A DNA stretch of 64,000 nt from Candidatus Latescibacterota bacterium (lineage in GTDB: Bacteria; Latescibacterota; UBA2968; UBA8231). Below the pieces are notes generated by a model. The model was not told where the DNA came from, did not search any database, and was given only the letters and a program-made list of their open reading frames with translations. Both the position numbers and the translations under genes were made by a program. Positions within the stretch are counted from its first letter, which is position 1. The number at the start of each line of letters is the position of its first letter. Positions 51,083 to 60,641 of this stretch are shown here, in pieces. Location of the stretch: positions 576,001-640,000 of the forward strand of contig OZ241889.1 in NCBI GenBank assembly GCA_965203355.1, read 5' to 3'.

Positions 51083-51970
51083 ATGATCCAACTCCCTAAG
51101 TCCATCCTCGGCATCATCGCCGCTGTCTTCATTCTATTTCTCGTCAGTCCGCGCTTCTATCAGAGCGTTCCGGCCGGCCACGTCGCCGTCGCCACCCTTT
51201 TCGGCGAAGTCCAGCCCACCCACTTCACCGAGGGCTTAAAAATTCCGGTCAACCCGCTCTACCAATGGCACCTCTTCGACGTGCGCCAAAAGACGCACTC
51301 CGAAACCTCCAACGTCCCCAGCCAAGACCAGCTACAGACCAAGATCGACGTCAGCGTTCAGTACCGTCTCATAGCGGCTGACACGCCGCGCATCTTAAAG
51401 GAGACGGGCGATATTAGCTCCGTGCGCGCTGTACACATCGTACCCAAGCTGCGCTCACTCATCCGCGAGCAGGGCAAAACCATCAGGCGCGCCGAGGACT
51501 TCTTTTTGGAAGCCACGCAAGCCACTTTGCAGACGGCCCTGCTCGAAGGGCTGAAGGATTACCTCGGCCCCAAAGGAGTCGAGGTCGAGGCCGTGTTGAT
51601 CCGCGACATCTCGCTGCCGCCTTTTATCACCAAGGCCATTGAGGCCAAAAAAGAGCGCGAGCAGGAAGTCGAAAAGCAAAAAGCCGAGCTGGAGCGCTTT
51701 ACCACCGAGCAAAAACAACTAGTCGCCGAGGCCGAAGCCAAACGGGACGCCGCCGCGGCCGAAGCCGAAAAGCGCCGCCTGCTCGCCGACGCCCAAGCAT
51801 ACGAAATCTCTAAGATCAACGAAGCCATCGGCCGCAATCCCAACTACGTCAAGCTCCAAGCACTCAAATCCCTCGAAGCCATTTCCAAGGACCCGGCCGC
51901 CAAGGTCTATTTCATCGACGGCGACAGCCCTTCACCGCTGCCGCTGATGCACTTAGGCGACGCTAAGTAG
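51083..51970 (+). CDS. SPFH/prohibitin-family membrane protein
   Basis: N-terminal TM, VPAGHVAV, VLIRDI.LP and an AEA coiled coil. AGGAGG RBS. Confidence 0.88.
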   Translation: MIQLPKSILGIIAAVFILFLVSPRFYQSVPAGHVAVATLFGEVQPTHFTEGLKIPVNPLYQWHLFDVRQKTHSETSNVPSQDQLQTKIDVSVQYRLIAADTPRILKETGDISSVRAVHIVPKLRSLIREQGKTIRRAEDFFLEATQATLQTALLEGLKDYLGPKGVEVEAVLIRDISLPPFITKAIEAKKEREQEVEKQKAELERFTTEQKQLVAEAEAKRDAAAAEAEKRRLLADAQAYEISKINEAIGRNPNYVKLQALKSLEAISKDPAAKVYFIDGDSPSPLPLMHLGDAK

Positions 51971-51972
51971 CT

Positions 51973-53061
51973 ATGCCGGCCCAGTACCGCGTTGGCGTCA
52001 TGGCCTCCGGCCGCATTGCCCGCGAGCACGGTTGCGGCTGGGCCGAGTGCGAGCACACTGAAATCGCCGCCATTGCCGACGCGCATCCCGAAGCCTTGGC
52101 CAGCTACGCCGCGGATTTTAACGTCGCAAAGCAGTATCTCGACTACCGCGAGATGCTCGACGTGGAAAATCTCGACATCGTCAGCGTTTGCTCCTGGGAT
52201 CCCCAGCACGCAGAAATGTCCATCGCCGCCTGTGCTCGTCGGCCCAAAGCCGTGCTCTGCGAAAAGCCCATGGCCGTCTCCTTGGGCGAGGCCGAGGCCA
52301 TGGTCATCGCCGCAGAGCGCAACGACGTCAAGCTCGCCATCGGTCACCAGCGCCGCTTTTACTCTTGTTGGCGCGAGGCGCGGCGGATGATCGCCGCCGG
52401 AGCCATTGGCAAGCCCCAGCGGCTGTGGTCCGCGGTCAAGGCCGGGATGATGAACACCGGCACCCACTGCATCGACTTCCAGCTCTACGCCCTCGGCGAT
52501 CCGCAAGCCGAGTGGGTCATGGGATCGGTCGAACGCCACACGGACCACTTCGTCTTTGGCCACCGGGTCGAGGACCGCTGTGTGGGGATCATCGGCTACC
52601 CCGACGGGGTCGAAGGCGTGATCGAAAACGAGATGAACAACATTTATCAAGTGGGTGCTACCATCTACGGCGAAGACGGCATGATGGTCGTCAACGACAA
52701 CAGCCTGCGCTACATGACGGCCACCTCCGGCGGCTGGCAAGACTTTGCGCCCACCGACAAGGCCAGCGGCTACGGCAACGCCTTCGTCGATCAAGCCTAC
52801 GGAATCTGCCGCTGGATCGAGGGCGATTTTGAGGACTACTACGGCAAGGCCGAGCACGGCAAGGCCGCCACCGAAATCATGATGGGCGTCTATGAATCGG
52901 CCAGGCTGCACGAGCGCGTGGCCCTGCCGCTGCAAACCCGCGACAACCCGCTCGACGTCGCCGTCGAGGAAGGCCGGATACCCGTCACCCGGCCCGGCCA
53001 TTGGGACGAGCGCTCCTTTTTGGTGCGCGGCGAAGGCATGAGTTGGATTGGGAATAAGTAA
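51973..53061 (+). CDS. Gfo/Idh/MocA oxidoreductase
   Basis: SGRIA, CEKPMA, HQRRF and GTHCID motifs. Confidence 0.9.
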   Translation: MPAQYRVGVMASGRIAREHGCGWAECEHTEIAAIADAHPEALASYAADFNVAKQYLDYREMLDVENLDIVSVCSWDPQHAEMSIAACARRPKAVLCEKPMAVSLGEAEAMVIAAERNDVKLAIGHQRRFYSCWREARRMIAAGAIGKPQRLWSAVKAGMMNTGTHCIDFQLYALGDPQAEWVMGSVERHTDHFVFGHRVEDRCVGIIGYPDGVEGVIENEMNNIYQVGATIYGEDGMMVVNDNSLRYMTATSGGWQDFAPTDKASGYGNAFVDQAYGICRWIEGDFEDYYGKAEHGKAATEIMMGVYESARLHERVALPLQTRDNPLDVAVEEGRIPVTRPGHWDERSFLVRGEGMSWIGNK

Positions 53062-53063
53062 TT

Positions 53064-53843
53064 TTGCAGATCGGTCTCTTAGTTGCCAATCTGCAAGAGC
53101 TTGAAGAATCGGCCGATTGGGACTTCGACTATCTCGAAGGTTTTCCCGGTCTGCTCGGTGTCGATGCCGACGATCCACAGATCGAGCGCGCGTGTCGAGC
53201 GCTGCTAAAAAAACACCCACTAAAAATGAAGACGATGTGCGGCTTTATTCCCGACCCGCAGGGGCGCGGGCTGATGGTCGTCGGCCCCGACGTCAGCTTG
53301 GACCGGCTGCGTACTTTTGTCACCCGGGTCTTCGACCGCCTACAGCGGGCCGGAGTGGAGGTCATCGGCTACGGAAGCGGTAGCTCGCGCTGGGTGCCCG
53401 ACGGCTTCGACCGCGACAAAGCCCGCCAACAGGTCGCCGATTTCTTGCACCTGTGCGCCGACCTGGGCGAGCCACGCGGCGTCAAGGTCGCGCTCGAGCC
53501 TTATAACCGCGCCGACGCCAATCTGCTCAACACCGTGTCCGAAGCGACCGAATTCATAGCCGATGTCAACCGCTCTCATGCCAAGCTGATGGCCGACTTC
53601 TTCCACATGAAGCTCAATGGCGAGTCCTTCGACGCGCTCAAAGAAGCCGGGCCCCATCTGATCCACGCCCACATGGCCGAGCCGGGGCGCGGCCGACCGC
53701 AAACCACGCCGGCCGACCACGCACTTTTCCTACGTGCGCTGCGCGCATCTGGCTACGACGGGCGCGTAACCCTGAGCGGCGACCTGCCGGCCTACGCCGA
53801 CGACGGCGCGACCGCCATCGCCCTCAAGAAGGCCATCGCGTGA
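53064..53843 (+). CDS. Sugar phosphate isomerase/epimerase (TIM barrel)
   Basis: LEPYN, ADFFHM and HAHMAE motifs. Confidence 0.82.
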   Translation: MQIGLLVANLQELEESADWDFDYLEGFPGLLGVDADDPQIERACRALLKKHPLKMKTMCGFIPDPQGRGLMVVGPDVSLDRLRTFVTRVFDRLQRAGVEVIGYGSGSSRWVPDGFDRDKARQQVADFLHLCADLGEPRGVKVALEPYNRADANLLNTVSEATEFIADVNRSHAKLMADFFHMKLNGESFDALKEAGPHLIHAHMAEPGRGRPQTTPADHALFLRALRASGYDGRVTLSGDLPAYADDGATAIALKKAIA

Positions 53844-54505
53844 AGGTTCCCTCCTTCGCCTACAGTCGCATGGTGGATCTTTCGCGGCCCCTTGCGCTGT
53901 CGGAGGGTCGCCTCGTCCACTATCGCACATCGCGCGTACCCGTCGATAATCCGCCGACCGACCGCTGGTATATCACCACTAGCATTGAAATGGGCAGTCA
54001 CGCCGGCACCCATGTCGAAGGGCCTTTACACGCCGTACCAGACGGCCCGGCCATTGCCGACTTGGATGTCGAGCGGTTTTTTGGCGAGGCCATCCTCTTC
54101 GACTTTAGCGATGCGCCGCTGGGCGAGCCGCTCTCGCCGGAGCAATTCCAACGGGCCGCCGGGCCGGGCGGAGGTGTCCACTCAGGCGACATTGCACTCT
54201 TTCGCTTTGATTGGGATCAACGAGCTACTGCTGGTTCTTATCCGCCGTACCCTTCGACAAAAGCCGTGCGCTGGCTCGTCGAGGCGGGCGTCAAACTGGT
54301 CGGCATTGACACCCCCGGCCTAGACATTCCCGGCGACCGCAGCCTGCCCAACCACCACCTGCTCTTCGCGCACGGCATTCCCCTAATCGAGAGCCTAGAC
54401 CGCTTGGGCGACCTGCGACAACCGCGCATCTACCTTTTCGCCCAGCCGCTGTCGGCGACCGCAACAGACGCCATTCCGCTGCGCGTACTCGCTTTTGAAG
54501 GGTAG
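53840..54505 (+). CDS. Cyclase/kynurenine formamidase family metallohydrolase
   Basis: VDLSRP, HAGTHVEGPLH, GIDT and H..LF..GIPLIE motifs. Confidence 0.85.
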   Translation: MKVPSFAYSRMVDLSRPLALSEGRLVHYRTSRVPVDNPPTDRWYITTSIEMGSHAGTHVEGPLHAVPDGPAIADLDVERFFGEAILFDFSDAPLGEPLSPEQFQRAAGPGGGVHSGDIALFRFDWDQRATAGSYPPYPSTKAVRWLVEAGVKLVGIDTPGLDIPGDRSLPNHHLLFAHGIPLIESLDRLGDLRQPRIYLFAQPLSATATDAIPLRVLAFEG

Positions 54506-54746
54506 CTGTGGGCTGCCTTGGCCCGGCAAACCCTCAGCCAATCTTCCCGGCATCGCTATGATTCCCAAGGAACGGGCAGTCAGCGGAATACCGCTCTGCT
54601 CGCGTGTTTGCTCGCGTTGCGTCGGCTTTTCCCAAGCGACACTTCCTGCTATAGAAAAGGTCGCCAAGTCACAGAATGGGGTTAGGTAAGGACCGATTTT
54701 GCGAATTAGGGTTTGAGATAATAAGTCAGCCCGACAAATGTAGTTG

Positions 54747-55766
54747 TCAGAAGTCATTCCGCACCTTCTCCGGCATCCCCGATCTGAGTGAGTCCCAACA
54801 CGCAAGTCCTGTGGCGACGACCCTAGCTCCGTCTCGGACGCCGACCCAAGGCTTTGCGCCGTTCAGGACGCAATCTGCCATGTGCCGCAGCATGACGATC
54901 ATTTCGCTAGCGTGACCCCGCATGGATGAGAATTCTACTGCGACCTTGCGCGAGGGTAGGTCGCCGGTAGGATCGAGGCTCTTTACGCCGTTGCGAATGG
55001 TGCCACGAGTTCCGTAAACGGTCAGGCTGTTCGTTGGGACATCGTGCGGATGTACGATGCCGAGGAAGTTCGCAATGCGTCCGATCTTGCCGGATGTAAA
55101 CTTCACGTTGATGACGAAGTTGTCTTCCTTGGGATAGTCCGGTGCGACGCCGCTGCGCAGCCCGTAGCAGTGGACTTCGTCGATGTCGCCCATGAACCAG
55201 CGCAGAAGGTCAATGGGGTGACAGGCACCACCCAAGATCAGGTCTTGTGGCATTTCGACGCGCCAAGGGGAGTAGTCGTAGACCGGGCGGAGGTCGTGAA
55301 CGTAACGAGACTCGGCCATGAAGAGCTCGCCGATTTCTCCAGCGTCGCAGGCGCGCTTCGCTTCGATGAAGTCATACCGGCCGCGCAGACTCTGCGTGAC
55401 GAGCAGCACCTTGCCGGACCGGTCAACAGCTTCCACAATTTGCTCGATCTCTTCCATCGTGTACACCATCGACTTGGTGACCATCACGTGCTTGCCCGCG
55501 TCGAGCGCGGTCAGAATCTGCGGAGCGTGAAGCGGGCCGGGCGTGTAGATGCCGATGATATCGAGATCGCTGCGCGCGACTAGTTCGTCGAAATCAGCGG
55601 TGAGAGCGTCAATCCCGAACTCGCGGCCCAGCGCCTCGAGCTTGTCCTGCTGCGTGTCGCACAAGGCGGTAACGCGGACCGGCAGGGCCCTGTTTTCCGG
55701 CTGGTTGGCACCAAGCAGCGTTCTGCCGTGGCCAAGTCCGGCGACGCCGATGCTGAGTTGGCTCAT
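54747..55766 (-). CDS. Gfo/Idh/MocA oxidoreductase
   Basis: GVAGLGHG, AGKHVMVTKSM and CHPIDL motifs. Confidence 0.85.
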   Translation of the reverse strand: MSQLSIGVAGLGHGRTLLGANQPENRALPVRVTALCDTQQDKLEALGREFGIDALTADFDELVARSDLDIIGIYTPGPLHAPQILTALDAGKHVMVTKSMVYTMEEIEQIVEAVDRSGKVLLVTQSLRGRYDFIEAKRACDAGEIGELFMAESRYVHDLRPVYDYSPWRVEMPQDLILGGACHPIDLLRWFMGDIDEVHCYGLRSGVAPDYPKEDNFVINVKFTSGKIGRIANFLGIVHPHDVPTNSLTVYGTRGTIRNGVKSLDPTGDLPSRKVAVEFSSMRGHASEMIVMLRHMADCVLNGAKPWVGVRDGARVVATGLACWDSLRSGMPEKVRNDF

Positions 55767-55820
55767 TTTTGTTGTTCTCCCAGTTGCATATTGCTGATCG
55801 CGCAAGCGCGGATTGTCGGA

Positions 55821-55991
55821 TCACGCGGCCTTCCAACTGGCGATGAAGGGTGCTTTCCCAAAACGCGACGTTGGCGATCTTCGGCGACTCCCTGATGGAT
55901 GAGCGGCGACCTCGACAGTTGCAGACGCCCCAAGCGGATCGCCTTCCGCGCACTCGGCCTTCCAGTTTTCGCGCTGGCGGTTGAGTTTCAT
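55821..55991 (-). other. Short ORF or gene remnant (56 aa)
   Basis: GGAGG RBS followed by ATG. No recognisable domain. Confidence 0.25.
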
Positions 55992-56041
55992 GGCTGCCTC
56001 CAATCAGGGTAAAGAAGCGTTTTTTGACTTTCAAGAGGTCT

Positions 56042-57337
56042 TCACAACACCAGCCGCCGACACTCCAAGTAGTAGCGCTTCTCCACAGCCTCGCCCAGCG
56101 AAAACGTCTTGCGCGGCGCGGCTCCGTCGGCGACGATCGTCTTGAACAAGTCGCGCTTGTCCATGGCCGGCAGCAAGAAGCCGATGCGGTCCGGCTCCGC
56201 AGCCAATTGCTCTAGCGCGTCCTCGCCGTGAATGTAGTCGAGACGAGCGCGGGGATGCGCGTCGAGATAGCGATCCAAAAAGGCCTGCAGCGACGCTACT
56301 TCAAGCTGGAAGCTCGGCTCGGCCATGCTCAGTAGGCCGCGCTCGGTTCCGCTTATATAGGGAATGTGATGCCCCGAGCCGCCGGCCGCTTCCCACCGGT
56401 CGTGGCCCGCAAAGGCCCGACGACTAAATCCGTTCCCGGCGCAATCCGTCTCCATAGCCCGCCATAAATCGACCGCATCTACGCCAAAAACTACCCGATG
56501 GATGGGCGCAAACTCCAAGCCCTCGTCGTGGACGTTGACTAGTTCGGCCAAGGCGTAGCGCGCCGGGTGATTCATTATCTGGTGCTGGTCCTCGGCCTTC
56601 GCCTTGAGCCGCTCCCAAGCGGCGCGGGCGGTGGCAAAGGAATGGTTGCCGTCGCCCATCGCGTAGATCAGCGGCGGCTCGCCACACGCAAGGTGGGCGA
56701 TATGCCCGGCAATTTCGTTGATCAACGCCTCATCGTTGACGTGCCACCCTCTAAGCCTACCGCCTCCCAGCATCAGCTCGAAATCGTAGGCCAGTCTTAG
56801 GTCTTTTGCGCCAAGCGGCTCAATCACTGTCTGTTGCGGATCGTCGATCAGCACCATGATGTGCGGCGTTTCCAGCGACGCCTGCTCCCGCACTTGGATG
56901 CGCGGCGGCAGCCGACTCTGGTCTGTGCCTTCGGTCGGGCGGATTAGCTTTTGCGCTCGGGCGCGGTAGTCGTACTGCTCCAAGTCCAAGGCGACGACCA
57001 AACCCTTGCGCGGCGCAGCGCGCCCGACCTCGCGTTCCACCAGCATAAGTCCAGGCGGCTGCTCCACCAGCACACCGCTTTTTAGGTACTCCTGCATCCG
57101 CTGATTAATGCCGGCAATGGCCTGCTGACGGCAAACCGATTCGAGGTAGGCTTCGGGGAAAATTAGATGTAGCGTCGAAGGGTCGGCCCCGACCATCCGC
57201 CGCACTTCCTCCCAGTACTCGGGCTGCGAGGTGTACTGATCGCAGGCGATGACCGACCACGTTTCAAGGGGAATGTCCGATCTCGGCAAGAGCAGAGTCG
57301 GCACGTGTAGGGCAATCTCGGGATAGTGTAGCTGCAT
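56042..57337 (-). CDS. DUF1015 family protein
   Basis: WSVIACDQYTS, IRPTEGT...RLPPR, DGNHSFATA, YIHG and PRKTFS motifs. Confidence 0.85.
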   Translation of the reverse strand: MQLHYPEIALHVPTLLLPRSDIPLETWSVIACDQYTSQPEYWEEVRRMVGADPSTLHLIFPEAYLESVCRQQAIAGINQRMQEYLKSGVLVEQPPGLMLVEREVGRAAPRKGLVVALDLEQYDYRARAQKLIRPTEGTDQSRLPPRIQVREQASLETPHIMVLIDDPQQTVIEPLGAKDLRLAYDFELMLGGGRLRGWHVNDEALINEIAGHIAHLACGEPPLIYAMGDGNHSFATARAAWERLKAKAEDQHQIMNHPARYALAELVNVHDEGLEFAPIHRVVFGVDAVDLWRAMETDCAGNGFSRRAFAGHDRWEAAGGSGHHIPYISGTERGLLSMAEPSFQLEVASLQAFLDRYLDAHPRARLDYIHGEDALEQLAAEPDRIGFLLPAMDKRDLFKTIVADGAAPRKTFSLGEAVEKRYYLECRRLVL

Positions 57338-57344
57338 GGGCCGA

Positions 57345-58172
57345 CTAGCCGAGCAACGGCCTGACCCAAGCCGAAAAAATCGGGAATATCTCCTCTGGAG
57401 CTGCTAGCGCGGGGTGCCAGCGCTTCTCGTGCTCGAACATGATCCAGCCGTCGTACCCATGCCGCTTGAGCAGGGCTATCGCCTCGGCTAAAGGCAACTG
57501 GCCCGCGCCCGGCGGCACGTAGCGCCAACCGTCCCGCATCGCCTCGGTGTGCGCGGGATCATAGACGGCGTCTTTGACGTGGGTATAACCTATGCGCGGC
57601 CCCACGGCCTCGTAGGTCTGCGCCGGCGTCTCCTCGCCCACCCGCGCCGTATGGCCCATGTCCCAGAGTACGCCGAACGCCTCGTTGGGAATGCGGTCGA
57701 GCAGCAGCTTGCACTCCACCGCCTTGATCCACTCGTCGTGAGTCTCAAAAAGCCACTTGAGTTGGCAGGCACCATCCAATTCGAGAATTTGTTCCATTGT
57801 CTCTCGCCCGATGTCGGCTAGCTGCTCCTTGGAATAGGTCTTGGAGTCGCCGCCGCCAAAAACTCGGATCGATCCGCAGCCCAACGCATTGGCCACCGGG
57901 ATCGAGCGCCGCGCCTCCTCTACGTTTTCCTCCAGCTTCTCTGACACGCAGACCCGGATGCTGGAGCTAATCCCCGACACCTCCAGGCCAGCGTCTGCTA
58001 GCTGGCGGCGGGTCTGGGCGGCTCCGCTGGTAAAGGCCGGCAATCGGGTGACGTCCATCGTCTCCTGCAACCCGCGGAAGTCGACGCCGTCGTAGCCGTA
58101 TTCGCGGCCCCGGCGGCAAATGGTATCCAAGTCCCAGTCTGGACAGCCCAATGTTGTAAAGCTGATTTTCAT
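57345..58172 (-). CDS. Sugar phosphate isomerase/epimerase (TIM barrel)
   Basis: FTTLGCPDW, ETHD, WDMGH, HVKD and EHEKRWHP motifs. Confidence 0.88.
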   Translation of the reverse strand: MKISFTTLGCPDWDLDTICRRGREYGYDGVDFRGLQETMDVTRLPAFTSGAAQTRRQLADAGLEVSGISSSIRVCVSEKLEENVEEARRSIPVANALGCGSIRVFGGGDSKTYSKEQLADIGRETMEQILELDGACQLKWLFETHDEWIKAVECKLLLDRIPNEAFGVLWDMGHTARVGEETPAQTYEAVGPRIGYTHVKDAVYDPAHTEAMRDGWRYVPPGAGQLPLAEAIALLKRHGYDGWIMFEHEKRWHPALAAPEEIFPIFSAWVRPLLG

Positions 58173-58894
58173 GGCATCTCTCCGTATCCGTTTTCGTTCA
58201 TGGCATCTCTGAAAAAGTCGAACATGTGCTGCTCCCGGTCCGTTTTCCACCGCCCCAGCGACTCCGGCCGTATCACGATCCGGGCCAACTCAAATCCCAA
58301 AAATTCCTCCAGTTCCCGCAACACCTCCTCCTGCTTCAACACAAAATCCTCAAACCGAACCAACAACCACTTCTTTGGTTTGGGCGTGGCTTTCATCAAC
58401 TCGTATTGGTATTTCCACGAAATGGCCCGCCGCCGCCGGACGTCGTCCGTGCGGTCGTACTCGATGCCGAAGTCAGCCAAGTCGTCGGTCTTGTGAGCGC
58501 CGATGATGCTGTCGCGCGGATCGCGGATCCAGTGAATGTAGTGGATGTCGGGAAACATCCGCACAATCCACGGGTAAATCAACGTCGTCTCGGGCAACTT
58601 CCAACCCTTGTGCTCCGAGCGGTCGGACGCAACGTCTCGCAGGTATTCGCCGATCAAGTCCTCGAATTCCGGGTCGATCTTCGCGCCGTGCAAATCGTCG
58701 AAATCCCACTCCAAGCCGCCCTTCCACTGGACGTACTTGGCCATGATCCGACAGGCCGCGTAGAGCGCATGCGGCGGCACCTTGTCGCCCGAGCGATTGA
58801 GCGTGTTGCCCATAAAAACGCCGCTGGCATAGAGCGTGTGTGCTATGGCGCGGGTGCCCGAGTGGCCGCGCCCAATGACGGTGATTATCGCCAT
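58169..58894 (-). CDS. Sulfotransferase family protein
   Basis: PAPS-binding GRGHSGT, GWKLP, RDPRD and RFEDF motifs. Confidence 0.82.
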   Translation of the reverse strand: MAIITVIGRGHSGTRAIAHTLYASGVFMGNTLNRSGDKVPPHALYAACRIMAKYVQWKGGLEWDFDDLHGAKIDPEFEDLIGEYLRDVASDRSEHKGWKLPETTLIYPWIVRMFPDIHYIHWIRDPRDSIIGAHKTDDLADFGIEYDRTDDVRRRRAISWKYQYELMKATPKPKKWLLVRFEDFVLKQEEVLRELEEFLGFELARIVIRPESLGRWKTDREQHMFDFFRDAMNENGYGEMP

Positions 58895-58948
58895 ACCTAT
58901 TCCTCAGAAGACACAGAGCCTGCCCGTGCGAAGGCAGGATATAACGAC

Positions 58949-58981
58949 TGCGTAACATCAGTTAGTAACCGACGTTACGCA
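58949..58981. repeat. 33-bp imperfect palindrome
   Basis: TGCGTAACATCAGTTA-G-TAACCGACGTTACGCA, with 14 of 16 arm positions complementary. Confidence 0.8.
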
Positions 58982-59124
58982 ACTTTTGTCCCCAACCTCC
59001 CATGGCTGTATCCTTTTCGCTACACTCCAGCACCTCATAGCCCTTTCCCCCCGCTGAGCCGCCGCCTTGGCGCGGTTTTTGCTATTTGTGGATACCACCT
59101 CACCCACAACCCAAGGCATCGCTC

Positions 59125-60000
59125 ATGGCCGAATTTGACACCATCGCCAAACATCTCATCCACACCTACCCGGCCGACTTCGCCCGCTTCGCCCTCCACC
59201 AAGACGACATCAAGGTGATCGACGTCATCGACACCGAACAGCCCACCGTCGAAGCTCATCGTGCCGACAGCCTCATCCGCGTGCAAGTCGGCGACGAGGA
59301 AGCGTTGGTCCATCACGAGTTTCAGACGACTGATAGTAGTCTACCCATGCCCCGCCGCATGGCCGGCTATATCGGCCGCAGCATCGAGCAATACGACCTG
59401 CCAATCTATTCCAATGTCATCTATCTGCGTCCCGACGCCGGCCGGCGCGATCCGGGACACTATCTCCAAGAGCGGCGCGGCTTCCGCGTACTGGTGCAAT
59501 ACCAAGTGATTCGGCTGAGTGAGCTAGACGGCCAACAGACGCTCGATAGAGGACATTCGGGCTTGCTGCCGTTTGCGCCGTTGATGCAGCGACCGGCCAA
59601 GGTGGATGCCGAGGCGTGGTTGCGCCAATGCCTCCGCCGGGCGCAACAGGTGCCCATGGCCGAGACCGTCAAGGCCAATTATCTGGCCGATCTTGCGATT
59701 TTGAGCGGGTTGGTGTATAACTTAGAAACGATTATGACCATCATCTCGGAGGCGACTATGTACGAATCGTCGGTAGTGCAGTATTTCACGGAAAAGGCAC
59801 TTGAGCAAGGCATTGAGCAAGGCATTCGCGAAAGCATCCAAGAAGTGTTGGAACTGCGCTTTCAGCCGGAGGCCGTGCGCGGCTTGGTCGCCCGCTTAGG
59901 GGCCATCGACGAGGTGCCGCGACTCAAACAGTTGCACCGAGCGGCCCTACAGGTGACCAGCCTCGAAGCCTTTAGGCCCCTGTTAGACAAAGCCGAATAG
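59125..60000 (+). CDS. Rpn/YhgA-like PD-(D/E)XK nuclease
   Basis: RADSL...HHEFQT, MPRRM, LLPFAPL and EQGIEQG repeats before a helical C-terminal domain. Confidence 0.8.
   Translation: MAEFDTIAKHLIHTYPADFARFALHQDDIKVIDVIDTEQPTVEAHRADSLIRVQVGDEEALVHHEFQTTDSSLPMPRRMAGYIGRSIEQYDLPIYSNVIYLRPDAGRRDPGHYLQERRGFRVLVQYQVIRLSELDGQQTLDRGHSGLLPFAPLMQRPAKVDAEAWLRQCLRRAQQVPMAETVKANYLADLAILSGLVYNLETIMTIISEATMYESSVVQYFTEKALEQGIEQGIRESIQEVLELRFQPEAVRGLVARLGAIDEVPRLKQLHRAALQVTSLEAFRPLLDKAE
59693..59760 (+). promoter_or_regulatory. Intragenic promoter, RBS and in-frame ATG
   Basis: TTGCGA-17 nt-TATAAC (59693-59721), GGAGG (59748-59752) and ATG 59758. Confidence 0.55.
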
Positions 60001-60079
60001 GGAGGCCGTGCAAAATCTGTTAGCAATAGAACCTTGCTTGCAGCAACTTACTCTTCGCCGTGCCCCATCAACGGGCCGG

Positions 60080-60476
60080 TTACTGACTCGAAGTGTTGGT
60101 CGGCATAGCCGTGCGCTTGCGGTTGCGCTCCAAGCTGCGCCGAGCTAAATCCACGTGCAAATAGCGGCCCCCTCGCGCTCAGGAACAATCACAATCCGGG
60201 TGGGGATTCGTCGCTCCCCCATTTCTTCAATCTTTTCGAGCTGCATCGTGCGCGAGAGCCGTCCCTTGCGGTCGTAGTAGCGCATGAGTAGGGGCCGCTA
60301 CGCGCCCCCGCCCGCTCCCACAAACCCGGTGCCTCGGGCTTGGCCGCGAGCCGGGCGGCTCGTCGATCCGCGCCGCCGTACCCGCAGAGCGGTACATCTT
60401 CCAAGAGCACTTGCGCTGCACTTGGGGCCGCGCAAAGCACCTGCACGAGCAAAAGACGGATCCGACCTATATTCAT
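60080..60476 (-). pseudogene. Mosaic of gene remnants
   Basis: A signal-peptide stub, a YYDRKGRL...IPTRI stub and a LARRSLERNRKRT stub, in different frames. Confidence 0.4.
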
Positions 60477-60641
60477 GTTTGCCTTCTTTGAATGGCTGAG
60501 TCTGGTCGTTGCTCGGTTATTAAACATTCTGCCGAAACAGGGCGGCCAAGCGGACCATTTGCGCCCGACCGCAGCGCGAGCCTTTATTCACTACGCATCG
60601 TCCTGCATCAGTCAACAACGTACTCAATCCAAGGAAATTCC

